NCBI GenBank assembly: GCA_049423385.1
Contig: JBMSQQ010000012.1
Span: forward strand, 1 to 49,257
Length of the DNA: 49,257 nucleotides
Direction of reading: 5' to 3'
DNA from: Silvanigrellaceae bacterium
GTDB taxonomy: Bacteria > Bdellovibrionota_B > Oligoflexia > Silvanigrellales > Silvanigrellaceae
How positions within the stretch are numbered: position 1 is the first letter of the stretch; every line of letters starts with the position of its first letter. This document shows positions 1-8,090 of the stretch, piece after piece. Below the pieces are notes generated by a model, which did no database searches, was not told where the DNA came from, and saw nothing but the letters and a program-made list of their open reading frames with translations. The position numbers were made by a program, and so were the translations under genes.

Positions 1-205
1 TGTTGCCAAGCGTAGACTCGAGTTCAGCTATTAAATTGAATTGGCTTAAGCACCCCAAGTCTCTTAGATTTGAACAACGGTCCCAGCAGCAACCGCGAAG
101 AGGCCCTACGTTCGAGAGTCACCATTGTTGTGCCAAGAGTTGTCGTTCCCGATTTACAAATGACACGGTTCATAAATTTTTCACTCGAATTTAGAAAGAG
201 CTGAC

Positions 206-454
206 TCACGAAGCGCTCAGTCTTTTCAACAATTCAACAGTTTTCTTTGATACTAAAGCCCCCGTGGCGTACTGATGCAAGATGCTACCAATGTGTGTTT
301 GGTATGGAATACCTAATTCTTCAGCTTCTGTTTTAATGGCGGCTAAAATGTTTGCCTCAAGCCGCAAGCTTATTGGAATTTTGGCTGCATCCGGCGAAGC
401 TTTAACCTTACCAGGTCGCTCCTTAAGTTTTTTTAAGTTGTACTCTTTTTTCAT
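206..454 (-). CDS. brnA: BrnA/CopG-type ribbon-helix-helix antitoxin
   Basis: 82 aa; MKKEYN start and ISLRL...GIPYQT RHH motif typical of BrnA; overlaps the 3' end of the BrnT gene. Confidence 0.85.
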   Translation of the reverse strand: MKKEYNLKKLKERPGKVKASPDAAKIPISLRLEANILAAIKTEAEELGIPYQTHIGSILHQYATGALVSKKTVELLKRLSAS

Positions 455-722
455 GATAGGTATTTGCCTCCTTCTTAGTGGCCTTTCGTGCAGAAATGAT
501 TCGAATCATTTCCCCTTCGGAACGTTCACAGAAAACGACGAGCAACAATTTTGGAGTGAGTGAATGTCCTATGCGGATATATCTATCTTCGAAATCGCTG
601 CTGTCAGGGTCAAAAAATTCACGAGATGCAACATCAGTCCAAATGGTCTGTGCCTCTTCAAACCAGATGCCGTGTTTTCGGAAATTCGTTCGATTTTTGT
701 TTTCGTCCCACTCAAATCTCAT
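423..722 (-). CDS. brnT: BrnT family ribonuclease toxin
   Basis: MRFEWDENKN..N..KHGI.FEEA and IRIISARKAT signature motifs. Confidence 0.93.
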   Translation of the reverse strand: MRFEWDENKNRTNFRKHGIWFEEAQTIWTDVASREFFDPDSSDFEDRYIRIGHSLTPKLLLVVFCERSEGEMIRIISARKATKKEANTYHEKRVQLKKT

Positions 723-728
723 AATTGA

Positions 729-757
729 TTAGTATTCTATTGTATATACAATGTCAA
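729..757 (-). promoter_or_regulatory. brnTA promoter with palindromic operator
   Basis: Minus-strand TTGACA (752-757), 17-nt spacer, weak -10 TACTAA; perfect palindrome ATTGTATATACAAT at 739-752 in the spacer. Confidence 0.65.
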
Positions 758-815
758 TTTTGATTTTTCTTCTATCAAAATTGAACGCAATTGAACGCAA
801 ATCGATTTTAGACAA

Positions 816-849
816 CAAAAAGCCCAAGCTCTTCTTGAGCTTGGGCTTT
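816..849 (-). terminator. Rho-independent terminator after tRNA-Ser
   Basis: 13-bp inverted repeat AAAGCCCAAGCTC-ttctt-GAGCTTGGGCTTT running into a T tract on the minus strand. Confidence 0.85.
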
Positions 850-852
850 GCT

Positions 853-940
<88 letters not shown>

Positions 941-1054
941 GCGGCTTTACCCGGCTTGGTAGCATAACGGGCCTCGGCTTGCCAAGGCCCCGGTTGGTGA
1001 ACTGTTCGACGTCCGCTCAACCCTCAGTTCCGGCAGACCAAAAACCATCTAAAA

Positions 1055-1651
1055 TCAGCGTTTCTTGGCCACCAGCTGTACCACCGCGCTGAGGCCCTGG
1101 TGGCCTTGGCCTTCGTGGATGTCCCGCTCGCATTCGCGCCCAATGACGACCTCGAGCCCTGCCAGTTCGGACTTCAGGTCACTCAACTGCATGAGCATGT
1201 CGAGCGACTTCGGGCCGCCGGTACCGTGATTGAGCTGGTCGGGAGTATAGGCTTCGAGAATGAGTCTTCCGCCCGGTTTGAGGGCGCGCACAACCGCTGC
1301 ATGAACGTGTTTGCGCAGTGCCGACGGAAGGTGGCACCAGATCGAAACCACAACATCCCATTCTTCCAACCCGAGGTCGAACTCCGCCAGGTCGGCGTGC
1401 ACGGTGTGGACGCTGACGTTTCTTTCGGCTGCCAGTATTTTTGTTTTTTCGAGTCCGGCGGCAGATCCGTCGACAGCAACAACCTCGGCCTGGCCAACAG
1501 CTCCAGCAATAAACACAGCATTGCGGCCTTCGCCTTCGGCCAGGCACAGCACTCGTTCGCTCGGATTCACAAGTGAAATCTGCTCGCGGAGAAAGTCATT
1601 GGGTTCTTTGCCGTAAAAATATTCGCGACCCGAATAGCGCTCATCCCACAT
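1055..1651 (-). CDS. Class I SAM-dependent methyltransferase (TehB-like)
   Basis: MWDERYS..EY.YG.EPN start, VLCLAEGEGRNA motif I, ALKPGG; AGGAGG RBS. Confidence 0.9.
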   Translation of the reverse strand: MWDERYSGREYFYGKEPNDFLREQISLVNPSERVLCLAEGEGRNAVFIAGAVGQAEVVAVDGSAAGLEKTKILAAERNVSVHTVHADLAEFDLGLEEWDVVVSIWCHLPSALRKHVHAAVVRALKPGGRLILEAYTPDQLNHGTGGPKSLDMLMQLSDLKSELAGLEVVIGRECERDIHEGQGHQGLSAVVQLVAKKR

Positions 1652-1690
1652 GAAGTCCTCCTTGTTTGCATCCCTCGGCGCGCTGCTGCT

Positions 1691-2098
1691 TTAGCGAGCG
1701 CGCTTGCATTCGAGCCACTTGTACGGCTCGAGCGTCTTGTCTCCGACCTTGACGTCCATCTGAACATAAATCGAATTTCCGTCCAGTCCGGCAGGAACCG
1801 AAGCCTTGACGGTGGAAATGGAGTCGCGGCCGGTGAAGATGAAGTGACTCCAGGTCACGCTGGTCTTGGTCAGTTGCATTTTGCCCTGAACGACGTCGGG
1901 GTTTGCAACAGGAGAGTATTTGTAGGTGAGCGTTGCCTCGTTGGCTTCTTCCCGGATGTCGATTTCAAATCGGGTGTCTTCGGACGCGTCTTCAAAAACA
2001 CAAAGAAATCGCTGCCCAGCCTGTGCATAAGCTGTGGAAAACAGGCATGCGGCAAGTGTGCCGGTAGTAAGGATGTTGTTGTTGGACTTGAGTTTCAT
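1691..2098 (-). CDS. Small secreted hypothetical protein
   Basis: Signal-peptide-like N-terminus (..STAYAQA), one Cys near each end of the mature chain, AGGAGGG RBS. Confidence 0.7.
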   Translation of the reverse strand: MKLKSNNNILTTGTLAACLFSTAYAQAGQRFLCVFEDASEDTRFEIDIREEANEATLTYKYSPVANPDVVQGKMQLTKTSVTWSHFIFTGRDSISTVKASVPAGLDGNSIYVQMDVKVGDKTLEPYKWLECKRAR

Positions 2099-2286
2099 GT
2101 GTGTGCCCTCCTGAAAAAAACTGGCAGGCCTGCTTTACCGATGTGGAAAAAACTCCGCAATCGAAAAGATATTCATATCCCTCCTCAGTTTTTTGATGAC
2201 CAGCATCCGGCTGGCTGGCCGAAAAATCTTGCAGTCGTCAATTTGATGTAATACAAAATCCAATATATTCAGTATCTTGTTATTTA

Positions 2287-2338
2287 TATTCAATTAAATA
2301 ATTAAATACTTGATTAAATGTTCCGATAGGTCTATTGT
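2287..2338 (+). promoter_or_regulatory. Putative operator and sigma70 promoter of the sulfur operon
   Basis: Imperfect palindrome TATTCAAT-N6-ATTAAATA (2287-2308) abutting TTGATT-N17-TATTGT (2310-2338) in a very AT-rich patch. Confidence 0.5.
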
Positions 2339-2363
2339 CAGGGAACAAGACCGGAGGTGTTAA

Positions 2364-2672
2364 ATGACTTGTCTCAAGATGAACTGCCAGGAATTCATGG
2401 CTCGTTACAGGGCTGCCAAGCCTGGCAGCACAGTGATGCTGGATGTTCGCAATAACGACGAAGTGGCTCAAGGCATGTTGCCCGATGCGGTGCACATTCC
2501 TTTGGGCGAACTGGGAAGCCGGCAAGCCGAGCTCGACAAATCGAAAGAAATCTACCTCTACTGCCGCAGCGGCAACCGCACTCAAATGGCGCTTGAGATT
2601 CTGAAGGATGCTGGATTTCCAAACGTCATTTGCTCCATCCAGGGCGGCTACGATCTACTGAAAACATTGTGA
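2364..2672 (+). CDS. Single-domain rhodanese (sulfurtransferase)
   Basis: LDVR...E...G.LP.A.HIPL and YCRSGNR active-site loop; GGAGG RBS. Confidence 0.92.
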   Translation: MTCLKMNCQEFMARYRAAKPGSTVMLDVRNNDEVAQGMLPDAVHIPLGELGSRQAELDKSKEIYLYCRSGNRTQMALEILKDAGFPNVICSIQGGYDLLKTL

Positions 2673-2682
2673 GGAGAGCACC

Positions 2683-3414
2683 ATGAGCCGAATCATTTTT
2701 GAACAGTTTGTTGATTCAGAAACATCCACCTACACATTTCTGATTGCCGACCCCAAATCCCGCGATGCTGCATTGGTTGACTCTGTTCGCGAAAATGTCG
2801 ACGTCTACAAAAAACGCATCGATGAATTGGGTTTGAATTTGAAGTACCTGCTCGAAACCCACGTGCATGCCGACCACGTGACGGGTAATGGATTGTTGCA
2901 GGATGCTTTTCCAAATGCACAGGTGGGATTGAGCGCAAAGGCGAACGTGAAATTTCCGCACATCGCGTTGGATGACAACAGTGTCTTGATGGTTGGAGAC
3001 ATCGAGATTAAGACCTTTTTTACGCCTGGCCACACCAGTGAGAGCATTACCTTTCTTGTGGACGGCAATCGATTGCTCACGGGTGACACCATGTTTATCG
3101 GTTCGTGTGGACGCACCGACTTTCAGGCTGGCGACTCGAAGCTGATGTACAAGAGCCTGAAGAGACTCGCTTCGCTTCCAGCAGAAACTCTCGTTTATCC
3201 GGGGCACGACTACAACAAGCGGTGGGTCTCCTCGATTGCTGAACAGTTGGCGACCAACAAGTTGCTTACAATGTCCGAAGCTGAATTCATTGCCGAGCTC
3301 GACAGCTGGAAATTGCCGCCACCGCGCAAAATCAAGGAATCTGTGCCTGCAAATCTGTTGAACGGACGCAATCCCGCAGAAACGCGTTCAGCGGCTGCAG
3401 AGGCACAGGCATGA
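2683..3414 (+). CDS. Persulfide dioxygenase (ETHE1-like, MBL fold)
   Basis: T.TYTFL, ETHVHADHVTG, TPGHT, TGD..FI..CGRTDF, YPGHDY, VPAN motifs. Confidence 0.9.
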   Translation: MSRIIFEQFVDSETSTYTFLIADPKSRDAALVDSVRENVDVYKKRIDELGLNLKYLLETHVHADHVTGNGLLQDAFPNAQVGLSAKANVKFPHIALDDNSVLMVGDIEIKTFFTPGHTSESITFLVDGNRLLTGDTMFIGSCGRTDFQAGDSKLMYKSLKRLASLPAETLVYPGHDYNKRWVSSIAEQLATNKLLTMSEAEFIAELDSWKLPPPRKIKESVPANLLNGRNPAETRSAAAEAQA

Positions 3415-4223
3415 TCATCACTCCAATGTTCATTGTTGGCATTCTGATGAGCCTGCTGATTGGCATTTCTCTCGGCCTGCTGGGTGGGGGTGGAAGCATT
3501 CTTACCGTTCCAATACTCCATTATGTCTTTGGCTTGAATGCGAGCGAATCAACGGCATTGTCGTTGTTTGTTGTCGGCCTGACCGCTGCTGCCGGTGCGG
3601 TTGCATATGCAAAGCGCGGCGAGATTGCGTGGAAGGAAGGTATCATTTTCTCCATCCCGAGTTTTTTTGCAGTCTATGCGACACGGAGATTCGCACTGCC
3701 GGCAATTCCCGCGAGCATGAACGTCCTGAATTTTACATTGGCCAAAGATACGCTCATTCTGTTGATTTTTGCGGTGGTCATGTTGCTTGCTGCAGGTGCA
3801 ATGCTCAGACCTTCGAAGGCAAAGCCTGTTGAGAATGTTGAACTCACATTGGCTCGTGTTGTCATGATTATTCTTGAAGGAATTGTTGTCGGCGGGGTGA
3901 CTGGTTTTGTAGGCGCAGGTGGTGGATTTCTCATCGTACCTGCTCTCGTTATTCTTGTTGGACTCGACATGAAGAGAGCCGTTGGTACTTCGTTGGTGGT
4001 GATTGCCTCCAAGTCTTTGATTGGCTTTGCGGGTGATTTGTCCGCCGGTACGGTTATCAACATGCCGGTGCTTGTAACAGTTACTTCGGCTTCACTTGTC
4101 GGTATGGTCGTTGGGACGCTGTTGGTGGCCAAGGTTTCGAGCGCGAGGCTGAAACCGGCCTTTGGATGGTTTGTTTTGGTCATGGGAACGTTTATTTTGC
4201 TCAAGGAGACTGTTTTAAAATGA
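3411..4223 (+). CDS. TauE/SafE sulfite exporter family
   Basis: Repeated GLLGGGGSILTVP / GFVGAGGGFLIVP motifs, AVGTSL, multi-TM; ATGA overlap with the upstream gene. Confidence 0.92.
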   Translation: MIITPMFIVGILMSLLIGISLGLLGGGGSILTVPILHYVFGLNASESTALSLFVVGLTAAAGAVAYAKRGEIAWKEGIIFSIPSFFAVYATRRFALPAIPASMNVLNFTLAKDTLILLIFAVVMLLAAGAMLRPSKAKPVENVELTLARVVMIILEGIVVGGVTGFVGAGGGFLIVPALVILVGLDMKRAVGTSLVVIASKSLIGFAGDLSAGTVINMPVLVTVTSASLVGMVVGTLLVAKVSSARLKPAFGWFVLVMGTFILLKETVLK

Positions 4224-4672
4224 TGATGGCACTTTATGGTGGCTTGGTGATTGGCTTGGCCGCCGCACTGTTGATGCTTTTGAATGGCAGAATCATGGGA
4301 ATCAGCGGCATTGCCGGCACGTTTGTGAATATGCTTTTCAATGCAAAGGCGCGCACTGCGCAAGCTGGAGAGTTCGCCTGGCGCAGCATGTTCATATTGG
4401 GAATGTTGGTTGGCGGAGTCGCTCTCGCCAAATTCACAAGCACATTCACAGATGCCTCAATGGTCACCACAAATCCTGTCATGTTGATAGTCGCTGGTTT
4501 GCTCGTTGGCGTCGGCACCCGCCTGGGGTGGGGCTGCACCAGTGGCCATGGTATTTGCGGCATTGCCCGATTCTCGGGACGAAGCGTAATCGCCACAATG
4601 ATCTTCATCGCGGCCGGCATGTTGGCCGTGGCTGTGGTCAATGCAATTCTCAAATCGGCAGGGGTGGGTTGA
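4220..4672 (+). CDS. YeeE/YedE sulfur-compound transporter, first half
   Basis: GGLVIGLA..GRIMGISG and GTRLGWGCTSGHGICG motifs; ATGA overlap. Confidence 0.92.
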   Translation: MMMALYGGLVIGLAAALLMLLNGRIMGISGIAGTFVNMLFNAKARTAQAGEFAWRSMFILGMLVGGVALAKFTSTFTDASMVTTNPVMLIVAGLLVGVGTRLGWGCTSGHGICGIARFSGRSVIATMIFIAAGMLAVAVVNAILKSAGVG

Positions 4673-4674
4673 GT

Positions 4675-5124
4675 ATGTCTGTTGTCACCATGCGTTCGAT
4701 TGCAGCGCTTGTTTCGGGTGCCTTGTTTGCGGTTGGGCTTGGAATTGCAGGAATGTTGAATCCTGCCAACGTTCGCGGCTTTTTGGATATTTTGGGTGAG
4801 TGGAAGCCTGCATTGATGTTTGTCATGGTGGGTGCGATTGCCGTTTATGCGGCCGCCAACCAAATTTCATTGCGGATGAAAAAGCCAATGTTCGACACGG
4901 ACTGGGGAAATCTTCCTCGCCCAGGTTTTGATTTTCCAAATCAGGCGAAACTGGGTGCGGTGTTGTTTGGAGTGGGTTGGGGGCTTGCAGGATTTTGTCC
5001 TGGGCCTGCGATTGTTTCGCTCGTGAGTCTCAATCCAACCGTGTTTATTTTCACGGCTGCCATGTTGTTGGGATTCTACGGATTTGCACTTTATGAAAAA
5101 ATGAACCACTCACGAAAGAGTTGA
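4675..5124 (+). CDS. YeeE/YedE transporter, second half (DUF6691-type)
   Basis: FAVGL.IAGM.NP..V.GFLD..G.W.P.L and FGVGWGLAGFCPGP motifs. Confidence 0.92.
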   Translation: MSVVTMRSIAALVSGALFAVGLGIAGMLNPANVRGFLDILGEWKPALMFVMVGAIAVYAAANQISLRMKKPMFDTDWGNLPRPGFDFPNQAKLGAVLFGVGWGLAGFCPGPAIVSLVSLNPTVFIFTAAMLLGFYGFALYEKMNHSRKS

Positions 5125-5129
5125 GTGGT

Positions 5130-6218
5130 TCACTTTTCTTGCGGCTTGGGAATGCGCGCACAGCGCATGCTGTCGGGAAACGCTTTGGGGTGCCCGGCTT
5201 TGTCGGATCCTGCAAGACGCGTATAGGTCACACCACTTGTGGCAGGCAACGACCAATAAACCACACGCTTTTCGTCTGCCAATGCCTGGGTCCGGTCGTC
5301 GCGCACGCAGGCGTCACTGATGTTTTCGCAAAGCCTCTTTTCAACACCATTCCACTTTGCGCAATTCTTTGCTGCTTCTTCCGACGCAGGTAATTTCTTG
5401 AAAATCTCATCCACCGAGGCCAAGGCTTCTGTCATTGCGGCCTTGGGCGAGAGTGTCTTGCCAGGCACTTTGGCGAGTGCTGCGGATTTGCCGTCGATTT
5501 GCAGCGCACCATAGTTGTCGATGTACACGAAAGCAGAAGTGAGTTCCCGCCAGCCAGGAATTTGGATTTTGATGCCATCCAGTCGGCCATACGAATACCA
5601 GGATTCGGGTGAATCGCTGTCGATCCCTTCGGAGGCATGCATGCGTTCCATTTCTTCGCTGTCGAGAAATGTGATCCACACTTCGCTCTCGGCCCCTGCA
5701 TTGTAAGCAAAACCCGCCGGAAAACTGCCGTTCACCGGTACAAAATGTGCTGCGTGCACCACCTCGAAGTTTTTCATGCTGCCTTTGAGAACCGGAATGA
5801 TTGCCCAGCCACGGGCAAACTTCTCGCTCATGAATTTGCGTTTCAGTGCACTCACGGCGGCATTGGAGCCATACGCGACAACGGGTGTGCGCTTGCCCAG
5901 CGCAGCGGGCTTCAATTCCGGCTTGGCCTTGGCAAGATTGTTCAAGAGGGTGTCGACCTGAATCGATTTTCCATCGACCCGCAGTGTGCCGTCGACGAGC
6001 GGGTCGCGGCCATGAGATTCGTACAAGTAAGGCGTGCCATTGACGAACAGGTACGAGCCCGATTCACGTTCATACGGATAACTGAGGCCCAATGCGATGG
6101 TGTCGGCAAGTGCCTTTTCTTCGCTGGTGTTGTTGCTCGCTTTCAACTGGCTTTTGCTGCCCAAGAGCTGGCAGCCAGACATGCCCAATGCGGCAATGGA
6201 AACAATCAGTGTCTTCAT
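5130..6218 (-). CDS. Lipoprotein with possible gamma-glutamylcyclotransferase-like core
   Basis: Lipobox MSG-C; PVVAYGSN and LD....RMHASEG...Y motifs reminiscent of the GGCT/AIG2 fold. Confidence 0.6.
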   Translation of the reverse strand: MKTLIVSIAALGMSGCQLLGSKSQLKASNNTSEEKALADTIALGLSYPYERESGSYLFVNGTPYLYESHGRDPLVDGTLRVDGKSIQVDTLLNNLAKAKPELKPAALGKRTPVVAYGSNAAVSALKRKFMSEKFARGWAIIPVLKGSMKNFEVVHAAHFVPVNGSFPAGFAYNAGAESEVWITFLDSEEMERMHASEGIDSDSPESWYSYGRLDGIKIQIPGWRELTSAFVYIDNYGALQIDGKSAALAKVPGKTLSPKAAMTEALASVDEIFKKLPASEEAAKNCAKWNGVEKRLCENISDACVRDDRTQALADEKRVVYWSLPATSGVTYTRLAGSDKAGHPKAFPDSMRCARIPKPQEK

Positions 6219-6242
6219 GTGTTCACGCTCCACCGGTTATCT

Positions 6243-7406
6243 TCAGTTCCAGCCGGAACAGGGAAACAATGCCTTGAGAACTTCGGGCTTGCCCATGTGA
6301 AACGGGTTGGCCACGGTGCGCATGGAAAGTGCCAGATAGTCGTCTGGTTTGAGTTTGCGTTCGGTACGCATGTTTTTGAAGTCCTTGAAGGCCTCGTCGG
6401 CCAAATTCTGGAAATCGAAAAACACGTCCCACAAGGCCGTGCCATTGCGGAATTCCGTTTTGCTCCAATCGAGCGTCTTGACGCTTCGCTTGCTGAGCAT
6501 ACGGTTTGCGCGTGCGAGATCTGCCTCTGCGGCATCCAACGCTTTGCGTGCCTTCATCGCAGCATCTGTGCCTGCACTCGAGGCAAGAATCTTTTTATTG
6601 TCATCGATTTCTTTTTTGAGGTTGGGCATGTTTTCGACGATGCCCTGCAGGCCAATATAGATGGTGAGGTCCTTGACCTTCATGTCGGCGCATTTGCTGC
6701 CTTGTTCGCCGCAGGCAAGCCATATTTCGAAGAAATCCATGACGTGTACATTCACACTGTGGGCCGACTTGTGCGCCATGCTCCCACCGGGTGCAAAGGC
6801 GATATCGAGGAATGGCGATTCTTTCTCCACCAGGTGTCCATAGAACGGAACGGCCGTGAGGAATGCATCCGGCAGTGGCTCGGGAGTTCTGCCGTATTTG
6901 TAAACCACGAAGTCTTTGAGTAGCGAGTTGAGAGCTTCTGATCTTGGATTTTTGCCATCCTTAGACAATGCGCAGGAGGCTTGTCCTGTTCCTTTTTCGC
7001 CTTCCACCATTTGTTCAACGAGTTGTTCGATCACAACACGCCGCTTGATTTTGCCGATGCCTTTGTTGCGTTGTGAATCCAGGAGTGTGGCAAAGGCAGT
7101 TTGAAATTCTGTCGGAATATTGTCAGGCAATTTCGTGAGCGGCTGATCTTCCAGCGCCAAGGCCGGCGGCAGCGACATCGCTTTTGCTTCAGCTGCTGCA
7201 ACCGATGCGTTTATTTTTTCCCAGTCGAATTTGAAGCCTGGTTTGATTTTTTTTTCAATTCCGGAAAAAAATGAGTTGATGTCTGCATTGTAGGAGACAT
7301 CGGAGCTGTTGATCTGCGATTTGTTGAACTGGCGCTGTTGGCAGGCGATCAGACCAAAGCCCGAAGCCAAGAGCACAGCCAAGGCCTGGATTGAACTTCC
7401 TTTCAT
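6243..7406 (-). CDS. Hypothetical lipoprotein
   Basis: Lipobox LIA-C followed by QQRQFN; ATG directly abuts the upstream stop; helical/coiled-coil segment. Confidence 0.75.
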   Translation of the reverse strand: MKGSSIQALAVLLASGFGLIACQQRQFNKSQINSSDVSYNADINSFFSGIEKKIKPGFKFDWEKINASVAAAEAKAMSLPPALALEDQPLTKLPDNIPTEFQTAFATLLDSQRNKGIGKIKRRVVIEQLVEQMVEGEKGTGQASCALSKDGKNPRSEALNSLLKDFVVYKYGRTPEPLPDAFLTAVPFYGHLVEKESPFLDIAFAPGGSMAHKSAHSVNVHVMDFFEIWLACGEQGSKCADMKVKDLTIYIGLQGIVENMPNLKKEIDDNKKILASSAGTDAAMKARKALDAAEADLARANRMLSKRSVKTLDWSKTEFRNGTALWDVFFDFQNLADEAFKDFKNMRTERKLKPDDYLALSMRTVANPFHMGKPEVLKALFPCSGWN

Positions 7407-8087
7407 TCATTCCTCCAATTCCCGCGATGTTTCTCGCAGGCACCATGCGTTGATTCCCTGCTCGCGCAAATATTCAGCGGTTCGCGAGGCCGTGACGCAC
7501 CATGCTCCGCGACAAAAAACGTAGACTGGTTTCTTTTTCGAAGTGGCTTTTAATACCTTTTCAAGATCGGCATCGTTTTCGACCGGAATTTTGAGTGCTT
7601 TTTGCACGGGCGTTGCAGCTTGTTCCATTGGGGTTCGTACGTCGATGAGATCAGCTTTTTGCTTTGCAACATCGTCGAGGATTTGTTGAAGAGGCAGCGT
7701 GGAACGCAATTCCGGAGCGACCAGGGAATCCTCGGCCTTGGCAACCTCGGTTGAAATCTCGCGCGCGAGCTCCTGGAGTGCGACAACCACTTTTTGAACC
7801 GCCGGAGACGCCAACGAATAAATCCTCTGCACGCCGCGCTTTTCTGCTTCCACCAGCCGTGCATTTTTCAGCTTTGCAAGATGCTGCGAGACATTGGCCA
7901 TCGACTGACCCGTGACTTCGGCAAGTTCTTCCACAGTGCGAGGAGCCTGCACGAGGGTTGTCAGGATGACGAGTCTGACCGGAGTTGACATCATCAAGGC
8001 AACATCCGCCAAACAAGAATTGAGGAGCTGCCTTGTCTCCTCAATCTTGTGTTTTTTTCGATTTGCCTTGGCAGGCTCGCGCGCCAC
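7407..8087 (-). CDS. ArsR/SmtB-family regulator fused to a rhodanese domain
   Basis: P.RL.IL..L.QAPRTVEELA...GQS.ANVSQHL..L winged HTH; C-terminal IDVR..E..VYVFCRGAWC. Confidence 0.9.
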   Translation of the reverse strand: MAREPAKANRKKHKIEETRQLLNSCLADVALMMSTPVRLVILTTLVQAPRTVEELAEVTGQSMANVSQHLAKLKNARLVEAEKRGVQRIYSLASPAVQKVVVALQELAREISTEVAKAEDSLVAPELRSTLPLQQILDDVAKQKADLIDVRTPMEQAATPVQKALKIPVENDADLEKVLKATSKKKPVYVFCRGAWCVTASRTAEYLREQGINAWCLRETSRELEE

Positions 8088-8090
8088 TCG

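Noticed and set aside
1..209. Short ORFs 3-194(+) and 24-209(-)
   Set aside because: No RBS or recognisable motif
780..800. Tandem TTGAACGCAA duplication
   Set aside because: Only two copies with no spacers; not CRISPR, at most a junction scar
2216..2256. Possible sigma54 promoter (TGGC...TTGC) and FNR-like TTGAT-N4-TACAA upstream of the sulfur operon
   Set aside because: GG-GC spacing is 12 rather than 10, and the FNR half-site has two mismatches in an AT-rich region
5637..6923. 428-aa plus-strand ORF
   Set aside because: Antisense shadow of two lipoprotein genes; no motifs
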